This document shows positions 63,110 through 64,000 of a stretch of DNA of 64,000 nucleotides, one piece after another. The position numbers were made by a program, and so were the translations under genes. The notes beneath the pieces were generated by a model that searched no databases, was not told the DNA's origin, and saw only the letters and a list, made by a program, of their open reading frames with translations. Numbering within the stretch: the first letter of the stretch is position 1; each line of letters begins with the position of its first letter. Source of the DNA: Carcharhinus amblyrhynchos (lineage: Eukaryota); NCBI GenBank assembly GCA_965287045.1, contig OZ336875.1:29574001-29638000 (forward strand), written 5' to 3'.

Positions 63110-63502
63110 GGTCAATTAGGTTAGGGTTGTTTTTGCTGGAGTTCAGACAAATGAGGTGGGATCTCCTAGAGACTTACAAAATTCTAACAGGACTAGACAG
63201 GGTAGATGCAGGGAGAGTGTGCCCAGAACCAGGATCACAGTCTGAGGATTTGGGGCGGACCATTTAGGACAGAGGTGAGGAGACATTTCTTCACCCAAAG
63301 AATGGTGGGCCTGTGGAATTCATTATTACAGGAAGTAGTTGATACCAAAACATTGAATGTGTTCAAGAGGTGGCTGGATGTAGCACTTGGGGCGAATGTG
63401 ATCAAAGGTTATGGGGAGAAATCAGGATAAAGCTATTGAGTTGGACGATCAGCCATGATCATGATGATTGGCCGCTCCTGCTCCTGTCCTCTGTTTCTAT
63501 GT
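63110..63502 (+). mobile_element. 5'-truncated CR1 LINE
   Basis: LGLFLLEFRQMR...ETYKIL and FFTQRMVGLWNSL; tail gatcagccatgatc...ctcctgctcct...tttctatgt. Confidence 0.9.
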
Positions 63503-64000
63503 AACTTGGTTCCAGTTTTTCATGCTCATAATAGTTGGATGTATCTGTTTTTTGATTTTGTATTCTAATAGTACCTAGATTTTTCCACAAACATCGCTTA
63601 ACAGTTTGGGATCTTTCTAAATACTTAGAATGTTTTTACATCTCCCACTCTGTTTCCTTTGGACAGGGTAATCATGAAATGTCATAGATTGAGGTGCAAT
63701 AAAATACTGGGTTCAACTTTACTTAATAATAGCTTGCATTGAGAAATGATTACAATGGGTGTATTTGATTTTTTTAAAACATTGATTGCTTAACTGTTTA
63801 AGGTTGTTTCCATTGATTTCCCTCCCAATTGTGAAGTGACTTATGTATTAAGGATTGGTGTTTGAGGGGTAAATGGAGAAGTTTGCTTTATTTACCAATA
63901 CTCCCCAAATTCAGGGCTGTTAGATCTTGGAATCTTGTATTGAGGCACCAAGTTGTATAAGAGGGAGTTGGATTAATAAGAAAAAGAATTCTGAGAATTT

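Overview
Eukaryotic, AT-rich genomic DNA, most likely from a shark or other cartilaginous fish; this is inferred from the CR1, V-SINE (HE1-like), Deu-SINE and Penelope repeat content. The window holds the first 12 coding exons of PIK3C2A (class II PI3-kinase alpha) on the + strand. All have GT-AG borders and consistent phases, and they run from the ATG at 17550 into the C2 domain at 62461. Almost all other listed ORFs are spurious or are retroelement fragments. Most notable observations: (1) two young, mutually diverged CR1 LINEs share a ~0.5 kb 3' UTR with a conserved splice-acceptor motif, covarying hairpins and an embedded V-SINE body ahead of the CR1 tail; (2) a Penelope-derived foldback element with a 14-bp TSD carries a minimal hammerhead ribozyme core; (3) a ~250-bp inverted copy of intronic DNA sits inside a SINE, so the two copies flank coding exons 9-10; (4) two PIK3C2A splice acceptors are locally duplicated; (5) an overlapping uORF starts just before the main ATG. 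All homology calls come from recalled sequences, not database searches, and repeat boundaries are approximate.
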